From positions 96,001 through 160,000 of the IMG/VR virus record IMGVR_UViG_3300043409_001462: 64,000 bases of DNA. One strand, 5' to 3'. Origin of the DNA: a virus. The notes beneath the pieces are model-generated. The model did no database searches, was not told the DNA's origin, and saw only the letters and a program-made list of their open reading frames with translations. Position 1 is the first letter of the stretch. The number at the start of each line of letters is the position of its first letter. Both the position numbers and the translations under genes were made by a program. Below, one piece after another: positions 46,129 to 55,848 of this stretch.

Positions 46129-46700
46129 AATCTTTCTCATCATTTATAACTGAGGCTAGAAGACCTAAGATTCGTCCCGATGCAAAACATGGGGACGAAC
46201 CAGGTGTTACTGATAAGAGTAACAACATTGCAACAGTTAACATAACTGATGAGAAACTTCATGAACTTTCACCAGAGCTAGTTGGTAAAGTACACAAGGC
46301 TCGAGCTGTTGGTGGTAAGCCAAGCAAAACACTTGCAGCTAGTAAAACTCTTTCCGCTGCTGTAAGAAAAGCTTGGCTTAAAACTAAAGCTGGTAAAATG
46401 AAAACTGAATCTGTTGGTTTAGATGTTACTGCAAAAACTCCTATCCCTCATGTGACCATTTCGAAAACATCTCGTAATAAAGCTACTAATGCACCAGCTT
46501 CTGCTGCTTCTTCTCAGGCAGCTGCTACAAATAGATCTGCAGATCTACAAAAGAATGCTGAGAAAGAAAGAGAAGCTAAGAAAAAAGCTTCTCAATCTGA
46601 AATTGCAACAAGAAAAGTAGCTGAGAAATTACGTAAATCGACTGGTCTTAAACCACCTGAAGCACCAAAAGCAAAACAGATGGCTGCACCGAAAATTTAA
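46125..46700 (+). CDS. Basic putative internal head protein
   Basis: MKSFSSFITE resembles the T4 capsid-targeting sequence. Confidence 0.55.
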   Translation: MKSFSSFITEARRPKIRPDAKHGDEPGVTDKSNNIATVNITDEKLHELSPELVGKVHKARAVGGKPSKTLAASKTLSAAVRKAWLKTKAGKMKTESVGLDVTAKTPIPHVTISKTSRNKATNAPASAASSQAAATNRSADLQKNAEKEREAKKKASQSEIATRKVAEKLRKSTGLKPPEAPKAKQMAAPKI

Positions 46701-46743
46701 AAACAATAAATAGAAAAAACACTTTCTCTAGGAGGATATCTAA

Positions 46744-47505
46744 ATGGCACAATGGGGTAGAAACGATCAGGCTGTTACAGCTAACACTAGTACTACTGTA
46801 GAAACATCAACTGGCGCACCAATCGGTACTTGGGCTCTCGTAAAAGGTAGCGGCAACGGTACAACACCAATCGCAATGACACCAAATGGACATTTTGGTA
46901 ACACGTCATCAGGTTCAAGAGCATCTGTTGACGTTAATATGTTCGGTAACACAACTCCAGGCGCTTTTATTCCTGGCGCTGCTTATGGTGTATTCGGAGC
47001 TGGTGCTGATTCTAGTGGAGCTGCTGGTATTGAATTGGCAGTCGATAATGCTGCTGGTCGTAAATTGACTCATGCTGGATGGCAGCTACGTAAAGCTGGC
47101 ACTGGTCCAGTAATCGGTGTTTCTTTTACTGGCGGTGCTGCTACTGCTTATAATAATGCTGATATTCTTGTTGTTAGATCAACTCAGGCTGGTGGCAATG
47201 CAGCAATTTCAATGACTACTAACTCAACTGGTGGTAGTTTAACTCTAGCAATTACTAATGCTGGTGCTGGATTTCTTGTAACATCAATTCCAACTTCAAA
47301 CTTAGTAATCACTAACACAGCTGGTGGTACAGCTGCTGGTAACTCAACAGTAACTAACTTTGTTGTAACTGTTGGTGGTCGTGCTGGTCGTGTGCAGTAT
47401 GAAACACTTGTAGCTATGGGATCTCTTGGCGCTCAAACTGCCGCTTATGGTACTGCAGCTGCTGTAGCTGATGCATCGGACGACGCAATTCTTCCAGATG
47501 CCTAA
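46744..47505 (+). CDS. Virion structural protein
   Basis: MAQWG start, HAGW, GGRAGRVQYETLVAM; Gly/Ala/Thr-rich. Confidence 0.7.
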   Translation: MAQWGRNDQAVTANTSTTVETSTGAPIGTWALVKGSGNGTTPIAMTPNGHFGNTSSGSRASVDVNMFGNTTPGAFIPGAAYGVFGAGADSSGAAGIELAVDNAAGRKLTHAGWQLRKAGTGPVIGVSFTGGAATAYNNADILVVRSTQAGGNAAISMTTNSTGGSLTLAITNAGAGFLVTSIPTSNLVITNTAGGTAAGNSTVTNFVVTVGGRAGRVQYETLVAMGSLGAQTAAYGTAAAVADASDDAILPDA

Positions 47506-47521
47506 TAGTTAGGACTAACTG

Positions 47522-48667
47522 ATGGCTAATGATTCAAAAAAAGTATCGGAATTAACTGTTACTACTAGTCTATCTGCAAATGATAGACTAGTAGTTCTTA
47601 CCAATCCGAACACTTCTGGCGCCGCTGTAAAAACTATTACATCAACTACTTTTGCGAATTCTGTAGTTAATTATATACCAAAAGCTAACAGTTCTGTTCT
47701 TGGAATTGTTAGAGTAGGTAATAACATTGTATCTGTTAATGGTGTCATAAGCACTTCATATTCTCTTCCAAATTCAAGTATAGTAGGTTATATTTTAACA
47801 GTTAATTCTTCTGGTAATTCTGCATGGAGTGCATTTACTGGAGTAAATAATGTTAGAAGTATTTTTAGTGGTACTTCTAACAGTGTATCATCAGAAGATA
47901 GTGTATTATTAGTTAATCCATATGTTTCTGGTGCTAACGTTACTATTATTCTTCCAATCGAAAGCGCTATTGAAGGTAAAGAAATTCTTATTAAGAATGT
48001 AGACGCTACAGGAAACAAAAAAGTAAGAATTACAACTGATGATGTTGGTAATGCTTATCTTGAAGATCCAATAACTGGTAGCTTTGTTACATATTATGAT
48101 TTGATTGAAACAGGTCAAGCCGAAACATGGATTCATGATGGTAATGTTTATCGTCATTTAAACACAGCACGTGCTACTCCTATTTTCTATACTAACGCAA
48201 ACACATACGCACAAGTTGTTATCAAAAATGCTTCTGCTGGTAATAATGCTTCTTCTGATCTAGTTTTATATAATAATGCTGGTGACGAAGCAGCTGGTGC
48301 TGGTCCGTATATTGATTTAGGTATCAATAGTAATACGTATTCGAATTCATCATATAGTATTGGTGGATTTAGCGACGGATATCTATTCAACGTTGGCGGT
48401 AATCTTACCGTTGGTACATCAGATGATAAATCTATCATTTTCCATGCTAATGGAACAACTGTAGATAAAAGAGTATTGACTATTAATAGTACAGCTGTAA
48501 GTATTAATAGTACTTCAGTATCGATAGCTGGTTTATTACAAGCACCACAAAGTACAAAACAAAACAACTCTACTGGAACTGTTGGACAAATTTGCTGGGA
48601 TGGTAGCTATATATATGTATGCACTGCAACGAACGTTTGGAAAAGAGCAACACTTAACACATTTTAA
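47522..48667 (+). CDS. Fibre-like virion structural protein
   Basis: KKVSEL N-terminus; Ser/Thr/Asn-rich; C-terminal GTVGQICWDGSYIYVCTATNVWKR. Confidence 0.7.
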   Translation: MANDSKKVSELTVTTSLSANDRLVVLTNPNTSGAAVKTITSTTFANSVVNYIPKANSSVLGIVRVGNNIVSVNGVISTSYSLPNSSIVGYILTVNSSGNSAWSAFTGVNNVRSIFSGTSNSVSSEDSVLLVNPYVSGANVTIILPIESAIEGKEILIKNVDATGNKKVRITTDDVGNAYLEDPITGSFVTYYDLIETGQAETWIHDGNVYRHLNTARATPIFYTNANTYAQVVIKNASAGNNASSDLVLYNNAGDEAAGAGPYIDLGINSNTYSNSSYSIGGFSDGYLFNVGGNLTVGTSDDKSIIFHANGTTVDKRVLTINSTAVSINSTSVSIAGLLQAPQSTKQNNSTGTVGQICWDGSYIYVCTATNVWKRATLNTF

Positions 48668-48677
48668 AGTAACATGA

Positions 48678-49079
48678 ATGATTTTTGAGAATTTGACTGA
48701 TGATAATTTTTTAATTTATTGTGCTAAACATTATGATAACCCTCAGTGTCATTCAACTGAAGAGTTTATGGAAGACTTGAAACGCATAAAGTATATTAAA
48801 AAATTGATAACAAGATACGTAGAGAATGGTGATTTGAAAGAGAGATTAATTCTCAATCATCTTACCATTCTCTATAATGTTTTTGGGGCTGAACATTTAT
48901 GTAGAATATTATACCTTAAAATGAAGCCGCAGTATAGTTATATTAAACCGTTTTTAATTATGTTAAATATAATACCAGAGCGATTGTTTAATATAAAAGA
49001 CGAAAAGATTATCGACACTAATACAATTCCAATGGACGAAAACATCGTCAAGATTTTAAGAGCATTATCAAATGGATAA
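48678..49079 (+). CDS. Conserved T4-like hypothetical protein
   Basis: YDNPQC...EDLKRIKYIKKL...ERLILNH. Confidence 0.75.
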   Translation: MIFENLTDDNFLIYCAKHYDNPQCHSTEEFMEDLKRIKYIKKLITRYVENGDLKERLILNHLTILYNVFGAEHLCRILYLKMKPQYSYIKPFLIMLNIIPERLFNIKDEKIIDTNTIPMDENIVKILRALSNG

Positions 49080-49213
49080 AAAGTTAGTAAAAGAAGATGG
49101 TATTGCTCCTAGTGCAGTAAACGCTACTAGTCCAGCTGTTGCTGGAACTGCTGGTGATATAACATGGGCGAAACAGAAAAAAAAACTTCGTGTTATAACC
49201 AGGCAGAACCCAA

Positions 49214-49588
49214 ATGGCACCAACTGTTGATCGTATTGATTCAATAATTGAAAAATTATCGTTAATTGCAATTGATTTAAAATCAATGATAGCAGTTCAT
49301 GAGCAACGTATAAATCAGCAAGAAAAAGCTTCTATAGATATACAAATATCAGTTGAAAAACGTCGTGAAGAATTGGATATAAAATTGAAAGATGTATACG
49401 ATACGATTCGTGAAAGAGATGATAAACTTTTTGCTGAAATTAGAGCAAGTAGAGAAGAGCATAACAAACACTATCAATGTTTAAATGAAAAATTTACATC
49501 CATTCAAAAAATTATATGGATGGCTATAGGTGGTGGTATTGTGCTAGGATATGCACTGTCTTTTATTACAAATTATTTAAAATTCTAG
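49214..49588 (+). CDS. Coiled-coil protein with C-terminal TM helix
   Basis: IAVHEQRI coiled coil; WMAIGGGIVLGY. Confidence 0.65.
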   Translation: MAPTVDRIDSIIEKLSLIAIDLKSMIAVHEQRINQQEKASIDIQISVEKRREELDIKLKDVYDTIRERDDKLFAEIRASREEHNKHYQCLNEKFTSIQKIIWMAIGGGIVLGYALSFITNYLKF

Positions 49589-49663
49589 GACAATAATAAC
49601 CCTTTACTTTTTCCTATTATACCAGTATAATTCTATGTGAGACTGTGATATAGGAGATAAGTT

Positions 49664-50689
49664 ATGGACTGGATTGAGAATAAATACTTGATGTTGATTT
49701 CAAGTCGACTCGAGAGATTTAAAAGAAAATCAGGAAACGTGTTTAACTTTCGTTGTCCGATTTGTGGTGACTCAGAAACACATAAAAATAAAACTCGTGG
49801 ATACATATATGATAAGAAAGGTAAGTCGCTTTTCCACTGTCATAACTGCAATGCCACAATGGGCTTGAGTAATCTAATCAAATCAATAGATCAAGTTCTC
49901 TATAATGAGATGCAGCTTGAAAAGCTAAGAGGCGAAAAAACACCAGAGCAAACAGAGCTTGAATCGTTCGTAGAAAAAATGAAGAAACCTATCTTTATGA
50001 AAGAAGGTCCATTGAAAGGACTTAAGAAGGTTTCGCAGCTATCGCCAGACCATAGAGTAAAGAAGCTGGTTGACGCTCGTAAAATTCCTAACCCATATCA
50101 CGCCAAGTTATTTTCTTGCCCCAATTTTAAACAGTTTACAAACAATTTGATTCCTAATAAGTTCGATGAGGAATCTATTGCAAGAGATGAAACACGTTTA
50201 TTGATTCCATTTTTTGACAAAGAAAAGAGGTTACATGCTTACCAAGGTCGCGCATTGGGTGACTCCAAAGTTAAATATATTACGATTATTCTTGATGATT
50301 CAGTCCCTAAATTGTATGGCTTGGATAGTGTCGATTTTACAAAAACTTTATATGTTTTTGAAGGTCCGATTGACTCCATGTTCATACCTAACTCAATCGC
50401 TACTGCGGGTGGTGATTTGGTTAGTTCTATTGGAATGTACGGTGATAAAAAAAATATCGTTATTGTCTATGACAACGAACCAAGATCAAAAGACACAATA
50501 AAAAAGCTTGACAAAGCGATCATGCAGGGGTATAATATTGTAATATGGCCTGATAACCTAGAGCATAAAGACATCAACGATATGGTTCTTGCAGGTATGA
50601 GTTCTGAGTTTATTACGCATATTTTGAAAACAAATACCTACCGAGATCTAGCTGCCAAGCTAGCGCTAACTAAATGGAGCAAAGTGTGA
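49664..50689 (+). CDS. 61: DNA primase gp61
   Basis: Zn ribbon CPICGDS..CHNC, YQGR, TOPRIM EGPIDS, YDNEPR, KDINDM. Confidence 0.95.
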   Translation: MDWIENKYLMLISSRLERFKRKSGNVFNFRCPICGDSETHKNKTRGYIYDKKGKSLFHCHNCNATMGLSNLIKSIDQVLYNEMQLEKLRGEKTPEQTELESFVEKMKKPIFMKEGPLKGLKKVSQLSPDHRVKKLVDARKIPNPYHAKLFSCPNFKQFTNNLIPNKFDEESIARDETRLLIPFFDKEKRLHAYQGRALGDSKVKYITIILDDSVPKLYGLDSVDFTKTLYVFEGPIDSMFIPNSIATAGGDLVSSIGMYGDKKNIVIVYDNEPRSKDTIKKLDKAIMQGYNIVIWPDNLEHKDINDMVLAGMSSEFITHILKTNTYRDLAAKLALTKWSKV

Positions 50690-51892
50690 TGGAAGATGAT
50701 ATCGTTAGTCGTATCGATAAGCTGATACTTGGTTGGGAACGAGAGTATGGTATCACCAACAAGACGATGGTTGATGCTATGTTAACAATCATTGATTTGC
50801 GTTCTAAGATTCCTGGATACGATGATCTTCATACAATTATCGAAAAGCAAGAAGAAGAAATTCATATGCTTCGCGCTCAGTGTCTTATTCGTAAAGATAT
50901 GATTGAAAAGCTTAAGTCAGGTCCTGGTGGCATCATGGAAATGAAACAAACTATTGCTGATCTAGAAAAGTACCGTAACCTCGTAGAGTTTATCGCCAAT
51001 GACTATATCGAGTTGAGTTATGAGAAAGCTCAATGTCAGCGTGATGATTGGCGCAAGCGTTGTAATAAACTTATAAAGGAATTAAATAATGGCATATAGT
51101 CAAACAGGCAATCCATTGAAAGATGATTTGCTTTTTAAATTGTTTCAAGATCATGTTAGGCAAGAGCTTCGAACAGCATTAACGCCTGTAATTGAACAGG
51201 TTGTTGATAGCTGTATTGATAAAGCTATTGATAGTATGGGTGTTACGATTCATAGTTATTATGATCATACTGGTCTTGGGCAAGTAGTCAAGATCATTAT
51301 GGAAAAGAAATGACAAAAATAGATAGATTGGTTTTAGGTGCATATATGACTGGATACAAATCTAAAAAAATGCTGGCCGAAAGCCGCGAACCAGACGTAC
51401 CTGATGTAGATTATCATTATAGAGAGACAAGTGATATGATTATGGAAAAGGCTAACTCTGATTTGTTCTACAATCTTCGTCATTTGAAGATGTTTAAAGA
51501 ACGTACTAAGATGGAAAAGTCCCGTTGGTTTATTACCTGGGATGATGGTGATAGAATTATCGTTCATGACGACCGTAAGCAAGTTATTTGTGAACTCGAT
51601 GATATTGTAATGGCTGAGTATATTTGCTCACTACATAATATGTCTTTTATGTTAATTAAGGAAGTGGAGCAAAAATATGAAACTTGTTAAATTTACAAAT
51701 AACAATGAACAGTTAAAGGGTATGCCTGTTTATTTGATGGACGAACATATCGTTTCTGTATTTGAAATGCCAACAGAAGGTGGTAGTTTAGTTACTTCTA
51801 TCTATGGTATCCGTGGTGATACATGGTATGTTGAGGAAGGTTTAAAGGAAGTTGTTGATATTGTTAATGGGAGAATAATTGATGCCCGCTAA
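50689..51892 (+). CDS. Four hypothetical genes (50689-51099, 51089-51313, 51310-51690, 51677-51892)
   Basis: Coupled + strand ORFs; the last resembles FlbD-like small proteins. Confidence 0.55.
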
Positions 51893-52595
51893 AATTATTG
51901 CTGTTACACAGCCATTGATACATAAAAGTGGCGATGTTATATATGACGAATCTGGATTTATTATTGGTGAGGCTGATGGTTTAAAACTTACAGTCGATGA
52001 ATTTATCGCCTATGTTGCTCGTGTATCTAATCCAGGTAATCAACATAACACCTTGACTGCACCAAAGCTGCTTCGTTATCTTGCCAAGCATAAGCACTGG
52101 TCGCCATTCGAGATGGTTAATGTGGTTATGGAGATAAATACGACTAGAGATATTGGTCGTCAGATCCTTCGCCATCGTTCCTTCACCTTCCAGGAGTTTA
52201 GTCAACGCTATGCAGATCCAACCAAAGATATGGGGTTTACCGTTCGTGAAGCCCGTTTACAAGATATATCCAATCGACAAAATTCCGTCGAAACGGACGA
52301 TGAAGCAATTCAAAAAAGATGGATTGACCAACAAAATTGGGTCAGAGAACTCTCAATGCAAGTCTATCAGGAAGCAATCGCAAACGGAATTGCCAAGGAG
52401 CAAGCACGTGCTGTCTTACCAGAAGGACTTATTCTTAGCCGCATGTATATGGCTGGCAGTCTTCGCTCTTGGATTCATTATTGCCAACTGAGATCTGGTA
52501 TTGAAACGCAGAAAGAACATCGTGAAATTGCTCTTGATGCTTGGTATCAGATTACTGAGCACTTCCCATCTCTTAAGGATGCCCTGGATATATAA
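51879..52595 (+). CDS. thyX: Flavin-dependent thymidylate synthase
   Basis: HWSPFE, RHRSFTFQEFSQRY, EQARAVLP, TQKEHR. Confidence 0.95.
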   Translation: MMPAKIIAVTQPLIHKSGDVIYDESGFIIGEADGLKLTVDEFIAYVARVSNPGNQHNTLTAPKLLRYLAKHKHWSPFEMVNVVMEINTTRDIGRQILRHRSFTFQEFSQRYADPTKDMGFTVREARLQDISNRQNSVETDDEAIQKRWIDQQNWVRELSMQVYQEAIANGIAKEQARAVLPEGLILSRMYMAGSLRSWIHYCQLRSGIETQKEHREIALDAWYQITEHFPSLKDALDI

Positions 52596-52617
52596 ATAGT
52601 GGGTAACGGAGATTAAC

Positions 52618-53055
52618 ATGAAGAAATTAGCGTTCATATTCTTTCTAATTTCTTCTGTTTCTTTTGCTGGTGAAATTCAATTTGGATTCAAGAGTCCATC
52701 ATTTAACGGTGTAGGATACTCTTCTCATGTTCTTACTATTGAAAACTTAGAAGCAACAAGAAAGCAGAAGATATTCGACGATAGAAAATCAGCTGCTGAA
52801 AAGGCTGCTTCTGATGCAAAGAATACGAACCTAGCTAAGTTTCTCAATAACTTAGAGAGTCGTATATACGCTACTATTTCTCAAAATATTGCTTCCGAAT
52901 TGTTTAAAGACGGGGGAGCATCGGCAGGTGAATTTAATATCCAAGGTAATAACTTACAGTGGGTTTCTGATGGTTCAACTATTACGTTACGAATAACTGA
53001 TCCAGGTGGAAGTGTGACGCAAGTGGTTGTACCTTATGGGAGTTTGGCATGGTAA
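52618..53055 (+). CDS. csgF: Curli assembly component CsgF-like
   Basis: Signal peptide then GEIQFGFKSPSFNG; adjacent to csgG. Confidence 0.75.
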   Translation: MKKLAFIFFLISSVSFAGEIQFGFKSPSFNGVGYSSHVLTIENLEATRKQKIFDDRKSAAEKAASDAKNTNLAKFLNNLESRIYATISQNIASELFKDGGASAGEFNIQGNNLQWVSDGSTITLRITDPGGSVTQVVVPYGSLAW

Positions 53056-53855
53056 AGTATACAGCTATAGTATTAGCTTTGTTACTTGGTGGATGTACTG
53101 GTAAGCAAGTAACAACACAATCTGTTGTTGAAGCTGAGGTTGATGCGCCTGAGATTATAACTCACAAGCGTTTCAACGAGATTGTCAACATTACACCACC
53201 AGTTGGGGATCCTATTCCAATTGCAGTTTATCGCTTTCAAGATATGTCTGGTCAACGTAAGCCTAATAACAATTATGCATCATTGAGCTCTGCTGTTACT
53301 CAGGGCGGTGATGTATTTCTTATCAAGGCATTACAGGACGCTGGTAAGGGTAAATGGTTTCAACCTGTAGAGCGTGTTGGTCTCGAGAATTTAGTTAAAG
53401 AGCGTCAGCTTATTCGCTCGCAGAGAGAAACATATGAAAAGGATCAGGCAAAGCCACTGGTACCTCTTATTGTAGCAGGAGTTATGATTGATGGTGGAAT
53501 TGTCGGTTATGATACTAATATGGGTACTGGTGGTATTGGCGCTCGCTTTCTTGGAATAGGTGTCGACCAACAGTATCGTAAAGATGAAATAACAGTTATG
53601 GTTCGATTGATCTCAGTCAACACTGGTGAGATATTAATATCAACTGGAGCTACTAAAACTATCTATTCTACAGGAACTAACTTAAACTTGATGAAGTTTG
53701 TTGATGCTGGTACTAAGTCGTTTGAACTTGAGGCTGGTTCTTCCGTCAACGAGCCTACAACATATGCTGTTAGAATAGCTATTGAAGCAGCTATTGTTGA
53801 TATGATTAAAGAAGGCGTAAAGAAGAAAATCTGGGCTTATAAGAAAGGAAAATAA
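53049..53855 (+). CDS. csgG: Curli secretion channel CsgG-like lipoprotein
   Basis: Lipobox LGGC; AVYRFQDMSGQRKP, SSAVTQG, VERVGLENLVKERQLIR, GGIVGYDTN. Confidence 0.88.
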   Translation: MVKYTAIVLALLLGGCTGKQVTTQSVVEAEVDAPEIITHKRFNEIVNITPPVGDPIPIAVYRFQDMSGQRKPNNNYASLSSAVTQGGDVFLIKALQDAGKGKWFQPVERVGLENLVKERQLIRSQRETYEKDQAKPLVPLIVAGVMIDGGIVGYDTNMGTGGIGARFLGIGVDQQYRKDEITVMVRLISVNTGEILISTGATKTIYSTGTNLNLMKFVDAGTKSFELEAGSSVNEPTTYAVRIAIEAAIVDMIKEGVKKKIWAYKKGK

Positions 53856-54530
53856 ATGAAAACACTAACAAGAATGATTGCGTTTTTGTCATTCTTTGTT
53901 ATGATTCAGTATGCATATGCGGCAGGTAATAAAATATACGTTGACCAAATTGGTGATGGTTCAAATATAACTATGACGCAAACTGGAAGTGATAACGGGA
54001 TTGGTACACCTACCACCCGTAGTATGTTTAGTGGCACAAACAACACAGTAACAGTATCTCAAATAGGTAATCAAAACAACCAATTAATCAAAGTAATTGG
54101 TGATGGTGTTACTTTGAATTCAACTATCACTGGTAATACAAACCAAGTTGATATTGAATGTACTTCTTGTACAGCATCAAGTATAACCAGTGCAGTAACT
54201 GGTAGTAGTAATTTAGTTACAATAACTAACGAAAATTTAACAAATACAGCTTTAACAATTGATTCAGATAATAACACTGTCACAATGACCAATAACTCAT
54301 CTTCTATTGGCGGCGTAAATAACGTCATCAATATTTCTGGTGGTAATGGCAACCAAGTAACCATTGATCAAACAGGGGTTGCTGGTCCACTTGGTCATAA
54401 GATTGATTTGGCAGTAACTGGTGCGCTTAATAATGTTCAAATAGGACAAGGCGGATCAGTTGATTCAATCGTTAATAGTACGATTACTGGCTCTAGCAAC
54501 ACTCTTATTATTAAGTCTAACCACCAGTAG
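53856..54530 (+). CDS. Curlin-repeat protein (CsgA/CsgB-like)
   Basis: Signal peptide; repeated xxQxGxxN / ITGxxNxV units. Confidence 0.75.
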   Translation: MKTLTRMIAFLSFFVMIQYAYAAGNKIYVDQIGDGSNITMTQTGSDNGIGTPTTRSMFSGTNNTVTVSQIGNQNNQLIKVIGDGVTLNSTITGNTNQVDIECTSCTASSITSAVTGSSNLVTITNENLTNTALTIDSDNNTVTMTNNSSSIGGVNNVINISGGNGNQVTIDQTGVAGPLGHKIDLAVTGALNNVQIGQGGSVDSIVNSTITGSSNTLIIKSNHQ

Positions 54531-55566
54531 TGGTGAAATAGGCAAGGTTACAGAGCAATCTGGACCTACTGAAATACGCAGAGACAAAGCAAACTTACCT
54601 AGCTCAATATCATCAGGTATTGAGATGAGTGATATTGTTACTACGGCTAATAGCAAAACTGCTATTACATTTAAAGATGATACTAAGGTACAAATAACAG
54701 AACAGAGTAAACTTGTTATTGATACGTTTGTTTATGATGGTGAAAAGAAAACTGGTAAACTTGCTATCAAGATGGCTCTTGGCACTATTAAATATGCAAG
54801 CGGTCAGATAGCAAAAAATGACCCACAGCAAGTTGTGGTAGAAACACCAACAGCAACGATTGGTGTAAGAGGAACAGATTTTTCGGGGACTGTAGATGAA
54901 ACTGGACGCTCAACAATCATATTGTTACCATCATGCCCACTGGGTTGGAAAAGTATTGAAAGAGATTGTGTTACTGGTAATATTTCTGTCACTACTATTA
55001 TGGGCACTATCTGGTTAACAAAACCGTTCGAAGCAGTTGTTGTTAATACAGTTATAGCACAACCAAAGTCAGCTATATTGAATCTCAGTTTAGATCAGAT
55101 TAATAATATGCTGATCGTTACGCCTCCTAAAGAAGTTAGAGAAGAGCGTACAAGAGATAAAAGTAAAGCTTTCAATTTTCTTGATGAGAATGCTCTTGAT
55201 AAAGATCTGTTAAAATTTGATGGTTTAGATAACAATGCATTAGATAAACCAACAGGTCTAGAAAGAAACTATTTAGATTCTGATTTCCTTTTGAACTATT
55301 TGGATATTCAGAACAGTCAAATGTTGAGTAATGAACTGGATGAGTTTAATGGATTGTTGCCTAAATATAATAAATCTACAGGGTTGAAATATACGGTTGA
55401 TGATACTACTTTGTCATTGTATAGGGAAACCTATTCTAGTTATTTTGAATTAAAAGTAGATACAACAAGAAGCTTGACTTTGAATATTAATCAAGATAAC
55501 CTAGCAATTAAACAGATAGTAAATAGTGCTGGATCAACAACAATAACAATAAAACAGAGTAACTGA
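54460..55566 (+). CDS. FecR-domain protein
   Basis: ITFKDDTKVQITEQS, VETPTATIGVRGTDF. Confidence 0.8.
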   Translation: MIQSLIVRLLALATLLLLSLTTSSGEIGKVTEQSGPTEIRRDKANLPSSISSGIEMSDIVTTANSKTAITFKDDTKVQITEQSKLVIDTFVYDGEKKTGKLAIKMALGTIKYASGQIAKNDPQQVVVETPTATIGVRGTDFSGTVDETGRSTIILLPSCPLGWKSIERDCVTGNISVTTIMGTIWLTKPFEAVVVNTVIAQPKSAILNLSLDQINNMLIVTPPKEVREERTRDKSKAFNFLDENALDKDLLKFDGLDNNALDKPTGLERNYLDSDFLLNYLDIQNSQMLSNELDEFNGLLPKYNKSTGLKYTVDDTTLSLYRETYSSYFELKVDTTRSLTLNINQDNLAIKQIVNSAGSTTITIKQSN

Positions 55567-55567
55567 T

Positions 55568-55846
55568 ATGTCATTACTTCGTATAGCAATATTATTGATT
55601 TTCGTTAATTTGAGCTGTTATGCTAATGCTCAAACCGTAAACAATGCAACCGTGAATATACAAGGAGCGAATCAAAGTGTATCTATTACTCAGTCTGGTG
55701 CTGGCCATTCTGCTAATCTTAACTTTATTGGCGATAGCATCAATGCAATTATCTCTCAAACTGGAAACACACCTCAGTCGTTTAGCCTTTCTGTTACTTG
55801 TGGTTACAGTTGTCCTGTCTCCCCTTATATTGTTAATCAGTACTAG
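55568..55846 (+). CDS. Small secreted curlin-like protein
   Basis: Signal peptide; IQG.NQ, ITQSG, ISQTG repeats. Confidence 0.6.
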   Translation: MSLLRIAILLIFVNLSCYANAQTVNNATVNIQGANQSVSITQSGAGHSANLNFIGDSINAIISQTGNTPQSFSLSVTCGYSCPVSPYIVNQY

Positions 55847-55848
55847 CG

